A DNA stretch of 64,000 nucleotides, from assembly GCA_016207665.1 (NCBI GenBank), contig JACQPG010000055.1:35184-99183 (forward strand), in the 5' to 3' direction. The position numbers and the translations under genes were made by a program. This document shows positions 17,463 to 27,067 of the stretch, in pieces; within the stretch, counting starts at the first letter, position 1, and every line of letters begins with the position of its first letter. A model generated the notes under the pieces. The model was given only the letters and a program-made list of their open reading frames with translations, was not told the DNA's origin and made no database searches. The stretch is from Elusimicrobiota bacterium (GTDB taxonomy: Bacteria; Elusimicrobiota; Elusimicrobia; UBA1565; UBA9628).

Positions 17463-20104
17463 AACAGTTTCGCCTCTGCCGTATTTTATTTGCGGCCCTC
17501 ATCCTGGGCTCGAGCCTGGCTCCGGCCGGACAAGCCCTGGCCTCCGGCCAGGCGCGGCGCGGCCCGACGCGCATCGCGCGTCTAGGCGGTTTCAGGAATT
17601 GGCTGGCCTCGCCATTGACCCACAAGACGAATGCTCCCGTCGCGACGCGAACAAGTCCCTCACTGGCCCCGATGGCGGCACCCGCGCGAGCATCCGTAAC
17701 CGGACCCGCTCGCGACGCCTCCGCTCTTTCCGATGAGAACGCGCCTTTGCAAGCGGCCGCCACGCCGGACGCTCCCTCAGCCGAAACGGCCGAGCCTTTC
17801 CTCGGCCGCCTGTATCGGCTCGGGGCTTCGCTGTCCCGACTCTGGCGCGTGGACCTTCCCGGAAATCTCAACGAGCTCATGACGCAAGGGGGAAGCGCGC
17901 CGGCCGGCGCCTTCGGATTCCGACCCCAGACCGAGCCGATCGAGATCAACGGGGTGGAACTGCGCCTCGGCCGCATGCCGGCGGCCCCGGATCCGGGGCG
18001 GACAGGGCCGGTGGTGACCCATGATCTAGCTATCCCCGGCTCCAGGACGATCGGGGGCAATCTATCCACGCCGAGAGTGATAGACGCCGATCCGGACGAT
18101 ATGGGATCGGTGGAGCTGGCCATACGGCGGCTCATCGACTCGGACGTGCCGACATTCGGCGTGAGCACCAGCGAATTGGCGCTCGATAACCCGGTCAACA
18201 AAGTCCCCGGCCGCCACGTTCCCGGACTCGCGGATCAGGCCGACGCCATCTATTTAAGATTTTGGCAACACAAGAACGGCATCAGGGTGCAGGACAGCTC
18301 GTTGAGCTTCACCCTCTTCATCGAGGAAAGCAATGGCGCCCGCGCGCTGAAGCTCTACTCCTACCAGGGAAAGACCTTCCCGGACATACAATTGACCGAC
18401 ACGGCTCCCCTTCCCGAGGAGCGGCTCATAGCCGCCGCGCGGGAACATTTGCGCCAAATGGGCGTCCCCGATGACACGCCCCTGGAGCTGCTGCCGCTCG
18501 AAGAGGTCATCCTCTACGTGGAGGATGCCTGGCGCGTTCTCAAGATGTACTCGATCAACGGCTATCCCGTCGTCATCGCCGTCGAGGTCAGCACCGGCAA
18601 GGTATTCTCCTGGGACAACCGCATCGGCGCGGCCGCGCGCATGGAGCTTGCCGCCGGCTGGACCATGGCGGCGCGGCTTGAGGGCAACGACAAGAGAGAC
18701 AAGGACGGGGGACCCCTGCTCAACCAGTTCGCTCTCCCGTTGCTCAAAGTGCGGGTCAAGCTTCCCGACGGACAATTCAAGGACGTCGAGACCGACGCCC
18801 AGGGTCGTTTCACGGTGCCGGAACTGGCCGAAGGCCAGGAAGTCGAGTTCCAAGCCGTGCTCTCGGGCCGATACGTGACGGTCAACAACAAGGCGGGAGA
18901 GCCTATACGCCTTTCGGGCGCGATACGGGGAGGCGAGACCAAGACCCTGGTCTTCAACTCGGAGGGAGCCGATCAAAAGACCGTCGCTCAGGTCAACGCC
19001 TATTACTGGTACAGCTATCTGATCACCTGGTGGAGCCGGGAAGGCGCCGAGGACGCCAAGATCAAGGGCCATGTCCCGGCCAATGTCAATATCCCCAGCT
19101 CCTGCAACGCCTACTATACGCCGGGCAATCCCAGCACTAATTTCTTCCAGGCCAGCAAGGAGTGCGCCAACACCGCCAAGCCGGGCGTCATCCTGCATGA
19201 AGGCGGCCATCACATCATCACCAAGCTGGCCGGGCCCTTCGCCAATCGGGGCTATCACGAGGGCGGGGCCGATTATTTCTCCATGGCCATACTCCGCAGC
19301 CCCATGATCGGCGAGAATTTCCTTCTGGGCCGCAATCCCAGCTGGATACGAGACGGCAGGAACGTCTATCAATACCGTTCCAGCGACGAGGAGCACGATC
19401 AAGGCCAGGCCTTCATGGGCTTTGGCTGGAAGCTCTACGAGAATCTGTTCAAGACCTATGCGGACGAGGATAAAGCCTGGACGATCGCCAACAGCCTGGT
19501 GCTGGCCGTGGTCTACGCCGGAGCCAAGGAGATCCCGGCCATCCTAGCCCAGGTGTTGCTGCGCGACATGGACAAGGAAGGCAAGTTCCGCCATGAAAAT
19601 GAGATTCGCGCCGCGGCCAAGGCTCATGGCATCGACCTGCCCTCGAGCACGACCCGCCTGGAATTGCTGGCCCGCTGGGCCTTCGACCGCTTCCGCCACG
19701 TCCGCATGATCGAGTCCCGGGCCTTGCCCCAAGCCTTGGGCTCCGCGGCCCTGGCCGTCTCCATGAGCGTGCTGCCCCAATCCCAAGGCTTCGCGACGCA
19801 GCCCAAGTTGATCACCCGGCAAGTCGCCTTCGAGGCCGGCGCAAGGACGCGCGAGCAATTGCGCCGCGAGATCGAGAGCGTCTTCGGCTTCATCCATGGA
19901 GAATACCTACTCTACCCCGAGGAATGGAATCGGCTCTATCCGGGCTTCCGCCCCCTCTCCAAGGAGATCCAGGAAGAGGACGGCCGGCTCATCGTGACCA
20001 TCACGGGCCTCAAGCGTTCCGTCGAATACGCGGTCGAGCAGCTGCGGCGGATCAACGTCCGACACCCGCAGGCCGGCGCCCCGCGCGTCATCGCGAGCCT
20101 TTAA
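17459..20104 (+). CDS. Secreted zinc metalloprotease, thermolysin-like (M4-type HExxH...E) with FTP/PepSY-like propeptide region
   Basis: Signal peptide MKQFRLCRILFAALILGSSLAPAGQALA. Zinc site VILHEGGHHIITK (HExxH) with a downstream third-ligand-like HEGGADYFS. PepSY-like segment ...EVILYVEDAWRVLKMYSINGYPVVIAVEVSTGKVFSW. ATGA overlap with the upstream S8-like gene (translational coupling). Confidence 0.7.
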   Translation: MKQFRLCRILFAALILGSSLAPAGQALASGQARRGPTRIARLGGFRNWLASPLTHKTNAPVATRTSPSLAPMAAPARASVTGPARDASALSDENAPLQAAATPDAPSAETAEPFLGRLYRLGASLSRLWRVDLPGNLNELMTQGGSAPAGAFGFRPQTEPIEINGVELRLGRMPAAPDPGRTGPVVTHDLAIPGSRTIGGNLSTPRVIDADPDDMGSVELAIRRLIDSDVPTFGVSTSELALDNPVNKVPGRHVPGLADQADAIYLRFWQHKNGIRVQDSSLSFTLFIEESNGARALKLYSYQGKTFPDIQLTDTAPLPEERLIAAAREHLRQMGVPDDTPLELLPLEEVILYVEDAWRVLKMYSINGYPVVIAVEVSTGKVFSWDNRIGAAARMELAAGWTMAARLEGNDKRDKDGGPLLNQFALPLLKVRVKLPDGQFKDVETDAQGRFTVPELAEGQEVEFQAVLSGRYVTVNNKAGEPIRLSGAIRGGETKTLVFNSEGADQKTVAQVNAYYWYSYLITWWSREGAEDAKIKGHVPANVNIPSSCNAYYTPGNPSTNFFQASKECANTAKPGVILHEGGHHIITKLAGPFANRGYHEGGADYFSMAILRSPMIGENFLLGRNPSWIRDGRNVYQYRSSDEEHDQGQAFMGFGWKLYENLFKTYADEDKAWTIANSLVLAVVYAGAKEIPAILAQVLLRDMDKEGKFRHENEIRAAAKAHGIDLPSSTTRLELLARWAFDRFRHVRMIESRALPQALGSAALAVSMSVLPQSQGFATQPKLITRQVAFEAGARTREQLRREIESVFGFIHGEYLLYPEEWNRLYPGFRPLSKEIQEEDGRLIVTITGLKRSVEYAVEQLRRINVRHPQAGAPRVIASL

Positions 20105-20108
20105 GATA

Positions 20109-20136
20109 TTGACTTCTTTTTGGCGCCTGTTATACT
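20109..20136 (+). promoter_or_regulatory. Candidate sigma70-type promoter (TTGACT-16-TATACT), essentially leaderless, for the 533-aa OMP gene
   Basis: TTGACTtctttttggcgcctgtTATACTgcgggcgctATG. The -10 ends only 9 nt before the ATG at 20146 and there is no SD. Confidence 0.35.
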
Positions 20137-20145
20137 GCGGGCGCT

Positions 20146-21747
20146 ATGAAGAAAACATCCCTGGGAGTCGCGTTTTTATTGACGGCGCAGTCCGCCGGCG
20201 CCATGGAGTGGCAAACTCTGGGCCCGCGGGCCATGGGCATGGGCGGGGCTTATACGGCGATCGCCGAAGGCCCCATCACCCAATATTGGAATCCGGCGGG
20301 ACTGGCTGAGAGCAAGGGGCGCTACGGCTTCGAGATCCCGATCGGCGCCAAGGCCGAGTTCACCGGCGGCGTGCTCAAGAACGCCAACAATCTGGCCGAT
20401 CTGGCCGGCAAATACGATCAGATCACCGCGGCCCAGCAATCGGGCACCGCCGGCGCCGTGGACGCGGACAAGGTCGGCGCTTTCTACAAGGCCTTGGCCA
20501 ATATCTCCGAGATGAACCAGCCCGGCAAGGGTGTGCTCGCCGATATCTCCGGCGGGGGCGGCATAAGGGTGGGACGCTTCGCCTTGTCGGTGCTCAACTA
20601 CACCGAGATCGGCGGCTCGCCTTTCGTCGACACGGTCAACGTCGGACTGACCGGCATTAGCTATGCCGCCGCCAATACCACCCTCTGCGGCGGAGCTGAT
20701 TGCACGATCGCCCCGGCTAATGCCACCAACCAGGCCTCGGCCTCGAGCATAGCCAGCGCGATCGGGGCCTCCGGCTACACGGCCATCAACTCCATCACCG
20801 GCGGGGCTCTGGTCGGCGGAGGCATCGACGACGAGACCGAGCTCGGCAATGCCTTGGTCAACATGGCCACGACCAACGGCATGAGCCCCGAGCAGATAGC
20901 CTCGGCCGCGGCCTCGATCAGCCAGAACGCGGCCGTGGTAAACCCTATACTGCAATCGGCGGCGGCCGGCAACTCCTATCAGAACAACCAGACCAATCTG
21001 ACCTTGCGCGGGGCCTCCTTCACCGAGATGGCCCTGGGCTACGGCCAGGCGCTGCCCTGGGTGCCGGGGCTCAAATTGGGAGGCAATTTCAAGCTGATCT
21101 CGGGCAATATCGGCTATCAGCGCTATCAAGTGCTCGACAAAGCCTCGGGCTCCTCGGGCGGGGACGCGCTCAAGGACTTCAAGGCCAACACCGAGACCAC
21201 GATCAAACCGGCCATAGATCTGGGAGCTCTCTGGCATCTCAAGTCCATGCTGCCCGTCCTGCCTTTCAATCCTCGCGTCGGCCTGGTCGCCCGCAATATC
21301 AACAACCCCAAATTCAAGCAGCCGGCCAGCGCTCGAGCCAACGGCGATACCGCGGATTATCCGCTCAATCCTCAATACCGGGCGGGCGTGGCCCTCAGCC
21401 CCTTCGCCTTCTGGCACGTGGCCATGGACGGCGATCTGAGCAAGAACAACACCGCGGTGCCCGGCTTTCAGTCCCAGAAGGTGGGGTTGGGCACGGAGAT
21501 CAACGTGTTCAACCGCTCCTGGATCAACATCCCTCTGCGCGCGGGCCTTGCCAAGAACATGGCGGACTCGGGCTCGAAGCTGGCCTATTCCGGCGGCTTC
21601 GGCCTAAACTTCCTCCATTTCGTCTTCGACATCGGAGGCTCGATCAGCTCGGACAGGACCGAGGTCAAGACCGGCTCGGGCTCGAGCGGCAGCGAGAAGG
21701 TCCCCTCAAACTTCTCGGTCGCGGCCCAATTGGGCTTCGTCTTCTGA
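20146..21747 (+). CDS. Large (533 aa) PorV/FadL-like outer-membrane beta-barrel protein, paralog 3 (TraF-like family resemblance)
   Basis: Signal peptide MKKTSLGVAFLLTAQSAGA. Same N-terminal signature as the two smaller paralogs (GPRAMGMGGAYTAIAEGPITQYWNPAGL). Gly/Ser/Asn/Ala-rich extracellular-loop-type insertions. C-terminal ...SVAAQLGFVF terminal-aromatic OMP signature. Confidence 0.65.
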   Translation: MKKTSLGVAFLLTAQSAGAMEWQTLGPRAMGMGGAYTAIAEGPITQYWNPAGLAESKGRYGFEIPIGAKAEFTGGVLKNANNLADLAGKYDQITAAQQSGTAGAVDADKVGAFYKALANISEMNQPGKGVLADISGGGGIRVGRFALSVLNYTEIGGSPFVDTVNVGLTGISYAAANTTLCGGADCTIAPANATNQASASSIASAIGASGYTAINSITGGALVGGGIDDETELGNALVNMATTNGMSPEQIASAAASISQNAAVVNPILQSAAAGNSYQNNQTNLTLRGASFTEMALGYGQALPWVPGLKLGGNFKLISGNIGYQRYQVLDKASGSSGGDALKDFKANTETTIKPAIDLGALWHLKSMLPVLPFNPRVGLVARNINNPKFKQPASARANGDTADYPLNPQYRAGVALSPFAFWHVAMDGDLSKNNTAVPGFQSQKVGLGTEINVFNRSWINIPLRAGLAKNMADSGSKLAYSGGFGLNFLHFVFDIGGSISSDRTEVKTGSGSSGSEKVPSNFSVAAQLGFVF

Positions 21748-21750
21748 GGG

Positions 21751-22824
21751 CTAGGCCTCGGAGCTGTTGAGCAGCCAGAAAGCCACGGCTCCGAAGGCCA
21801 GGTTGGGTATCCAGGCGGCGACCCAAGGCGGGAAAGAGCCGCTCTGGCCCAGCGCTCGCCCGACCTCGATGAACCAGAGATAGAGGAAGGACAGGATCAA
21901 AGCGGCCGAGAAGCTCAGCACCCGCCCCGCCTGGCGCAATCTCATCGCCAAGGGTATCCCGAGGGCGCAGATCACGAGATTGGTGAAGGGATAGGCGATC
22001 TTATCGTGCACCGCCACCTGCACGGGCCGAGTGGGCAGGCCCAGGCGGGCGACCAGCCGGGAGTGGCGGCGGAGCTCGCCCAGGCTCATCTCCTCGGGCT
22101 TCTTGGGATTGGTCGCCAGCTGGCGCGGCGAGATGGCGAGCTCCGAGCGCAGCTCGCTGAAGGGCTTTTCCACGATGGCCTCTCGCTCGAATCGGCGCTC
22201 GACCCCGTCATAGAACACCCAGACGCCCAGCCCCGCGTCCCATAAGGCCAGCTTGGCGTCGAGTTGCCTTTCGATACCGCTGAGGCGCACGATCTCCAAT
22301 ATCGGCCTTTCCATGCGGCCGTCCTTGGGAAAGAAGAACTTGGCCCGTATGAACTGCCCCGGGCCGCACATCAGGGCGAAATCCACTTTTTTGGTGTATT
22401 CCCAACGGGGAGCGATCTGCTCCTGCCATAAGCGCTGGGCGCGTTGATAACAGGCGGGAAGCACGGTCTCCTGGGCGATGAAGCTGATCAGCGTGATGGC
22501 GACGGCGCACCACAGCAAGGGGCGCCAAAAATCGCGAGGCTCGAAGCCGCTGGCCTGGGCCGCTATCCACTCTCCGCTGCGGATCAGCCCCGTCACCGCG
22601 ACCAAGGTCGCCAGCAAGGTGGCCATGGGAATGACGCGCACCGTCCAATAGGGCACCTCGAGCCATAGGTACTGGAGAATGATCCAGAGAGAGGCCTTGC
22701 TGCGCATGAGGGCGTTCATGCGGTTGAGCATGTCTCCCAGGAATATCAGTATGGCGAAAAGGCCCAGCCCGTACAGGAAAGGCTTGAAAAAGCGCTTGGC
22801 CATGTACCAGCTGAATATCTTCAT
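21751..22824 (-). CDS. lptG: LPS export ABC permease, LptF/LptG (YjgP/YjgQ) family
   Basis: 357 aa, six-TM permease pattern with the typical periplasmic domain between TM3 and TM4. Second gene of an adjacent pair, so named by synteny. Confidence 0.7.
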   Translation of the reverse strand: MKIFSWYMAKRFFKPFLYGLGLFAILIFLGDMLNRMNALMRSKASLWIILQYLWLEVPYWTVRVIPMATLLATLVAVTGLIRSGEWIAAQASGFEPRDFWRPLLWCAVAITLISFIAQETVLPACYQRAQRLWQEQIAPRWEYTKKVDFALMCGPGQFIRAKFFFPKDGRMERPILEIVRLSGIERQLDAKLALWDAGLGVWVFYDGVERRFEREAIVEKPFSELRSELAISPRQLATNPKKPEEMSLGELRRHSRLVARLGLPTRPVQVAVHDKIAYPFTNLVICALGIPLAMRLRQAGRVLSFSAALILSFLYLWFIEVGRALGQSGSFPPWVAAWIPNLAFGAVAFWLLNSSEA

Positions 22825-22825
22825 G

Positions 22826-23953
22826 TTAGCGGAATGCCGCCCTCGCGGTGAGCCACAGCCCCGCGATCATGCCGGCCGCGTCCGGCGCCCAAGGCGCTAT
22901 ATCGGAAAGCGGCTCGTAACGCCGGCCCACTCCGATCCCCAGCGCGATGAGGGCGTAGAATCCGAAAAGCACCAGCAAGCTGATCACGAAGCCCAAACTC
23001 CGGCTATGGCGGCCCATCTGCACGCCCAGCGGAGCGCCGATCCAAAAGAAGATGAAAGTCGAAAGAGCGGCCGCGCTTCGCACCGCGGCCTCGACCCTGT
23101 ATTCCACGCGATGCTGCGGCTCGGTCTGGGGGCTGGCGATGCGGCCCCTGAGCTGCGCGGTGGTCAATTCCTGTATGTCGGGATTGCGCTGCAGCGGTCC
23201 GGTGGGAACCAGGGGTATGCTCACTCGATAGCGCCGGAAGGTGCCGGCAGAGAACTTGAGCGGATCGGGATTGGGTATCTGTATCTGCCCGTCCTCCAGC
23301 TCGAGCTGTATCTGCCGTCCCTTATCGAGGGACAGGCGTCCCCTGGCCGCCGTGATCCTGAGGCTGCGCTGATCGTTGCCCGGCCCTTGGGGATTCTTGT
23401 CGCCGGTCTTCTGCCTCAACAGATAGACCCCCGCCAGCTCTCCGGTGTCCTTCTTGACCTCGGCCGCCGACAGCTTCCAAGGGCCCAGCTCGATCATGGA
23501 GCTGGGCTCGAGATCCAGACGCATGATCTTCTGGGCGGCCAGGGCCTGTTGTTTGCGGAAGGAATGGAAGCCCTCCGGGCTGGCCTTATGGTTAAGATAG
23601 AGCAGCAGGCCCGACAGCAGCGCCCCGACGGCCAGCAATGGCCAGGTCATCTCCGCGAACGAAAAACCGGAGGCGCGTAACGCCATGATCTCCCCCCGCT
23701 CCGCCAACTGGCCCAAGGAGAGCATCACCGCCACCAGATACGCCATGGGAAGGGCAAGGCTCAGGATGAAGGGCATTAGGCGCGCGAAGCAGCCCGCGAT
23801 CCATAACGGCGATATCCCGCGCATCAAGGCCAGATTGAACAGCTTGAGGAAATGATTCATCAGCAGGACGCCGGCGAACAGGAGCAGGCACAAGAAGAAA
23901 ATCGGCAGGAACTGCCGAAGAAAATAGCGGGGCAATATAGGCACTTGATTCAT
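22826..23953 (-). CDS. lptF: LPS export ABC permease, LptF/LptG (YjgP/YjgQ) family
   Basis: 375 aa. N-terminal RYFLRQFLPIFFLCLLLFAGVLL typical of LptF/G. First gene of the pair. Confidence 0.7.
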   Translation of the reverse strand: MNQVPILPRYFLRQFLPIFFLCLLLFAGVLLMNHFLKLFNLALMRGISPLWIAGCFARLMPFILSLALPMAYLVAVMLSLGQLAERGEIMALRASGFSFAEMTWPLLAVGALLSGLLLYLNHKASPEGFHSFRKQQALAAQKIMRLDLEPSSMIELGPWKLSAAEVKKDTGELAGVYLLRQKTGDKNPQGPGNDQRSLRITAARGRLSLDKGRQIQLELEDGQIQIPNPDPLKFSAGTFRRYRVSIPLVPTGPLQRNPDIQELTTAQLRGRIASPQTEPQHRVEYRVEAAVRSAAALSTFIFFWIGAPLGVQMGRHSRSLGFVISLLVLFGFYALIALGIGVGRRYEPLSDIAPWAPDAAGMIAGLWLTARAAFR

Positions 23954-23970
23954 ATTCTATAATATCGCCG

Positions 23971-25386
23971 ATGACGGAACATGCGGAGCGGAAAATGTCC
24001 ATGATCACGCCAGCCATCGAGCGCGCCCTCGAAAAAAACGGCGATTACTTGGAGGACCTCAAGCGGCTGGTCCGAGTTCCCAGCGTGAGCTTCCCGGGTT
24101 TCGATCCCCAGAAGGTCGAGGACTCCGCGCAGGCCGTCGAGGCCCTGATGCGGGCTCGGGGACTGGAGAACGTGGAGATATTGAAGGTCCCGGGAGCCCA
24201 CCCCTACGTCTACGGCGATTGGCTGCATGCCGAGGGAGCCCCGACATTGCTTCTCTACGCCCATCATGACGTCCAGCCCGCGGGCCGCGAGGAGCTCTGG
24301 AAATCCGCCCCTTTTGAAGCCAGCGAGCGCGACGGCCGCCTCTATGGCCGAGGCACGGCCGATGATAAGGCCGGGGTCGTGGTGCATACCAGCGCGATCG
24401 AGGCCTGCCTTCGCGCCTTGGGCCGCCTTCCCGTCAACGTCAAGCTGATCATAGAGGGCGAGGAGGAGATCGGCTCGCATCACCTGGAGGATTTCCTCAA
24501 GAGGCACAAGCAGCGGCTCTCGGCCGACGCCATGGTGCTGACCGACACCGGGAATTTCGACACCGGAATCCCTTCGATCACCACCTCCCTGCGCGGCTTG
24601 GTGTCATTCGACGTCATCGTGCGCTCCGCCGACCATCCCCTGCATTCCGGCATGTGGGGCGGACCCCTGGTCGACCCCGTCCAAGCCCTATCCAAGATGA
24701 TCGCCTCCATAACGGACTCGCAAGGCCGGATCGCCGTCTCCGGATTGCGAGCTCCGGCCAAGCTGCCCAAGGAGGCGCTGCGCAGCCTGAGCTCCCTGCG
24801 CTATGGCGAAAGGGATTATCGGCGTCAATCGGGCCTGCTGCCGGGCACCCGGCTGTTGGGGGACAATAAGCGCCTGCTGCGCCAGATCTGGTATGAGCCC
24901 TCGTTCTCGGTCAACGCCATACAAGCCTCCTCGCGCAAGGATTGCGCCAACATCATCAACGAGTCCGTCTGGTGCCATATGGGCCTTCGCATAACGCCCG
25001 GCATGGAGCCGCAAGCCTGCCTCAAGAGGCTCAAGGCCCACTTGCTCAGGAACGCCCCCTGGGGCGTGAAGGTGGAGTTCTCGAACGAGTCCGGCAGCCC
25101 GGCCTGGACCACCTCCCCCGATCACCCCGCCTTCCAGGCGGCCGGGCGCGCTCTCAAGGCCGGCTTTCAACGCGAAGCCGTGTTCGTCGGCTGCGGCGGC
25201 TCCATCCCTTTCGTCGGCCCCTTCGCCAAGGTCTTGGGGGGCGTGCCCGCGCTCTTGATCGGCGTGGAAGATCCCTACACCAACCCCCACAGCGAGAACG
25301 AAAGCCTCCATCTCGGTGATTTCAACAAGTCGATCTTGAGCGCCATTCACCTTTATAGTGAGATCGCCTCGGCCGGCCTCAACTGA
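23971..25386 (+). CDS. M20-family dipeptidase (ArgE/DapE/CPG2-like)
   Basis: Metal-binding motifs HHDVQP, GRGTADDKAG, EGEEEIGS and dimerisation-domain layout. 471 aa. Confidence 0.8.
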   Translation: MTEHAERKMSMITPAIERALEKNGDYLEDLKRLVRVPSVSFPGFDPQKVEDSAQAVEALMRARGLENVEILKVPGAHPYVYGDWLHAEGAPTLLLYAHHDVQPAGREELWKSAPFEASERDGRLYGRGTADDKAGVVVHTSAIEACLRALGRLPVNVKLIIEGEEEIGSHHLEDFLKRHKQRLSADAMVLTDTGNFDTGIPSITTSLRGLVSFDVIVRSADHPLHSGMWGGPLVDPVQALSKMIASITDSQGRIAVSGLRAPAKLPKEALRSLSSLRYGERDYRRQSGLLPGTRLLGDNKRLLRQIWYEPSFSVNAIQASSRKDCANIINESVWCHMGLRITPGMEPQACLKRLKAHLLRNAPWGVKVEFSNESGSPAWTTSPDHPAFQAAGRALKAGFQREAVFVGCGGSIPFVGPFAKVLGGVPALLIGVEDPYTNPHSENESLHLGDFNKSILSAIHLYSEIASAGLN

Positions 25387-27067
25387 GAGCGCCCGGGCTC
25401 TGGCGCGCCTGGCCCGGGATTATTGGGAGACCAAGCTGCGCTTCAACCCGCTCTTGGCCACCTATTATGGGCATGACGGCGGCCATGACCGGCTCGAGGA
25501 GCATTCCGAGGGCGGACGCCGCGAGGAGATCGCCGCCTATGAAGCCCTGCTCAAAGGGCTCACGGCCCTGCCGGCCGACGATCTTTCCCGATCGGACTCG
25601 GTCTCCTGGCGCATCCTTAAGACGCTGGTCGAAGACAGGCTCTCCTGGTTTAAGCATCGCTTCTGGAGCTGGCAGATCGACCATATGGATGGGCCGCAAT
25701 CCTGGATACCGACCGTAGTCCGTCTGCGCCAGCCGATGGCCTCCGAGGCCGACGCCGAAAGCTTGCTGTCCCGCATGCGCGCCTTCCCCGGCTTCTTCGA
25801 GACTCAGGCCGCCAATCTCCGCGAGGGATTGAGCGCGGGATATGCCGCCGCCCGCATGCCCGTGCAAAAGGCGATACGGCAGCTGGACGCCCTCATCGAA
25901 GCTCCAGCGTCTCAAAGCGCTTTCGTCGAGGCCGCGCTCAAGCTGCCGGACCTTCCCCGGCGCCGCCATGGGCCTCTCATTGAAGAGGCGGTGCAATCCC
26001 ATGTCCTGCCGGCCTATCGCGGGTTCCGCCGCTTCCTCGAGCAGGAGCTGCTTCCCCGAGCCAGGGTCGGCCGGGTCGGCATCTACGCCACTCCCGGCGG
26101 GGCCGAAGCCTATCGCTTCATGATCCGGCGACACACCACGCTCGATCTCGAGCCCGCGGAGATCCACGACCTGGGCTTGTCGGAGCTGCGCCAGATACGG
26201 CAGCGGATGGCGGAGCTGGCGGGAAGTATGGGACATGCGGGAGAGTTGGAAGCATTCTTGAACGCCATCCGCTCCGATCCAAAGAACTTCTTCGAGACCC
26301 GGGAGCAGGTGCTTTCCGACGCCAAGGCCCAGGTCACCCGGGCAAAGGCCGAGCTCGGGCGCTATTTCGGCCGCCTGCCCCGCGTCGACGTGCGGGTCGA
26401 GCCCATCGAATCGTTCAAGGAGAAAAACGACGTGGCCGCGCGCTATTTCGACCCTCCTGAGGACCTTTCCGGGCCGGGGATTTACTACATCAACACCTAT
26501 CAGCCAAGCTCTCGGCCCCGCTTCGGCATGGCGGCCTTGGCCGTCCATGAAGCCGTTCCCGGGCATCATCTCCAGATGGCTCTAGCCCTCGAGCAGCGCT
26601 CACTTCCCGCCTTCAGACGCATCGAGTATTTCAACGCCTTCACCGAGGGCTGGGCGCTCTACGCCGAGACGTTAGGCGAGGAGATGGGGCTTTATCCGGA
26701 CGAGCTCTCGAGGCTCGGAATGCTCACCTATCAGGCCTGGCGGGCCTGCCGTTTGGTCGTCGATACCGGCCTGCATGCTCTCGGCTGGGAACGCGAGCGC
26801 GCCCTGCGCTTCATGGAGGAGAACAACTCTCTCTCCCGGGAGGAGATCGAGACCGAGGTCGATCGCTACATCATCTGGCCCGGGCAGGCCTTGTCCTATA
26901 TGATCGGCAAGATCGAGATACTCAAGCTGAGAAAAGAGGCCGAGAACGCCCTCGGAGGTCGCTTCGACATCAAGGCCTTCCACGACGCCGTGCTTGAGAA
27001 CGGTTCCATGCCGCTGCCCTTGCTGCGCGAGCAGGTCTTTCGGGGCCTCGGACTACAGAGCGGCTAG
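25358..27067 (+). CDS. DUF885-family protein (putative metallopeptidase-like, HExxH-containing)
   Basis: GTG start. N-terminal YWETKLRFNPLLATYYG and C-terminal HEAVPGHHLQ...GWALYAE pattern characteristic of DUF885. Confidence 0.7.
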   Translation: MRSPRPASTESARALARLARDYWETKLRFNPLLATYYGHDGGHDRLEEHSEGGRREEIAAYEALLKGLTALPADDLSRSDSVSWRILKTLVEDRLSWFKHRFWSWQIDHMDGPQSWIPTVVRLRQPMASEADAESLLSRMRAFPGFFETQAANLREGLSAGYAAARMPVQKAIRQLDALIEAPASQSAFVEAALKLPDLPRRRHGPLIEEAVQSHVLPAYRGFRRFLEQELLPRARVGRVGIYATPGGAEAYRFMIRRHTTLDLEPAEIHDLGLSELRQIRQRMAELAGSMGHAGELEAFLNAIRSDPKNFFETREQVLSDAKAQVTRAKAELGRYFGRLPRVDVRVEPIESFKEKNDVAARYFDPPEDLSGPGIYYINTYQPSSRPRFGMAALAVHEAVPGHHLQMALALEQRSLPAFRRIEYFNAFTEGWALYAETLGEEMGLYPDELSRLGMLTYQAWRACRLVVDTGLHALGWERERALRFMEENNSLSREEIETEVDRYIIWPGQALSYMIGKIEILKLRKEAENALGGRFDIKAFHDAVLENGSMPLPLLREQVFRGLGLQSG

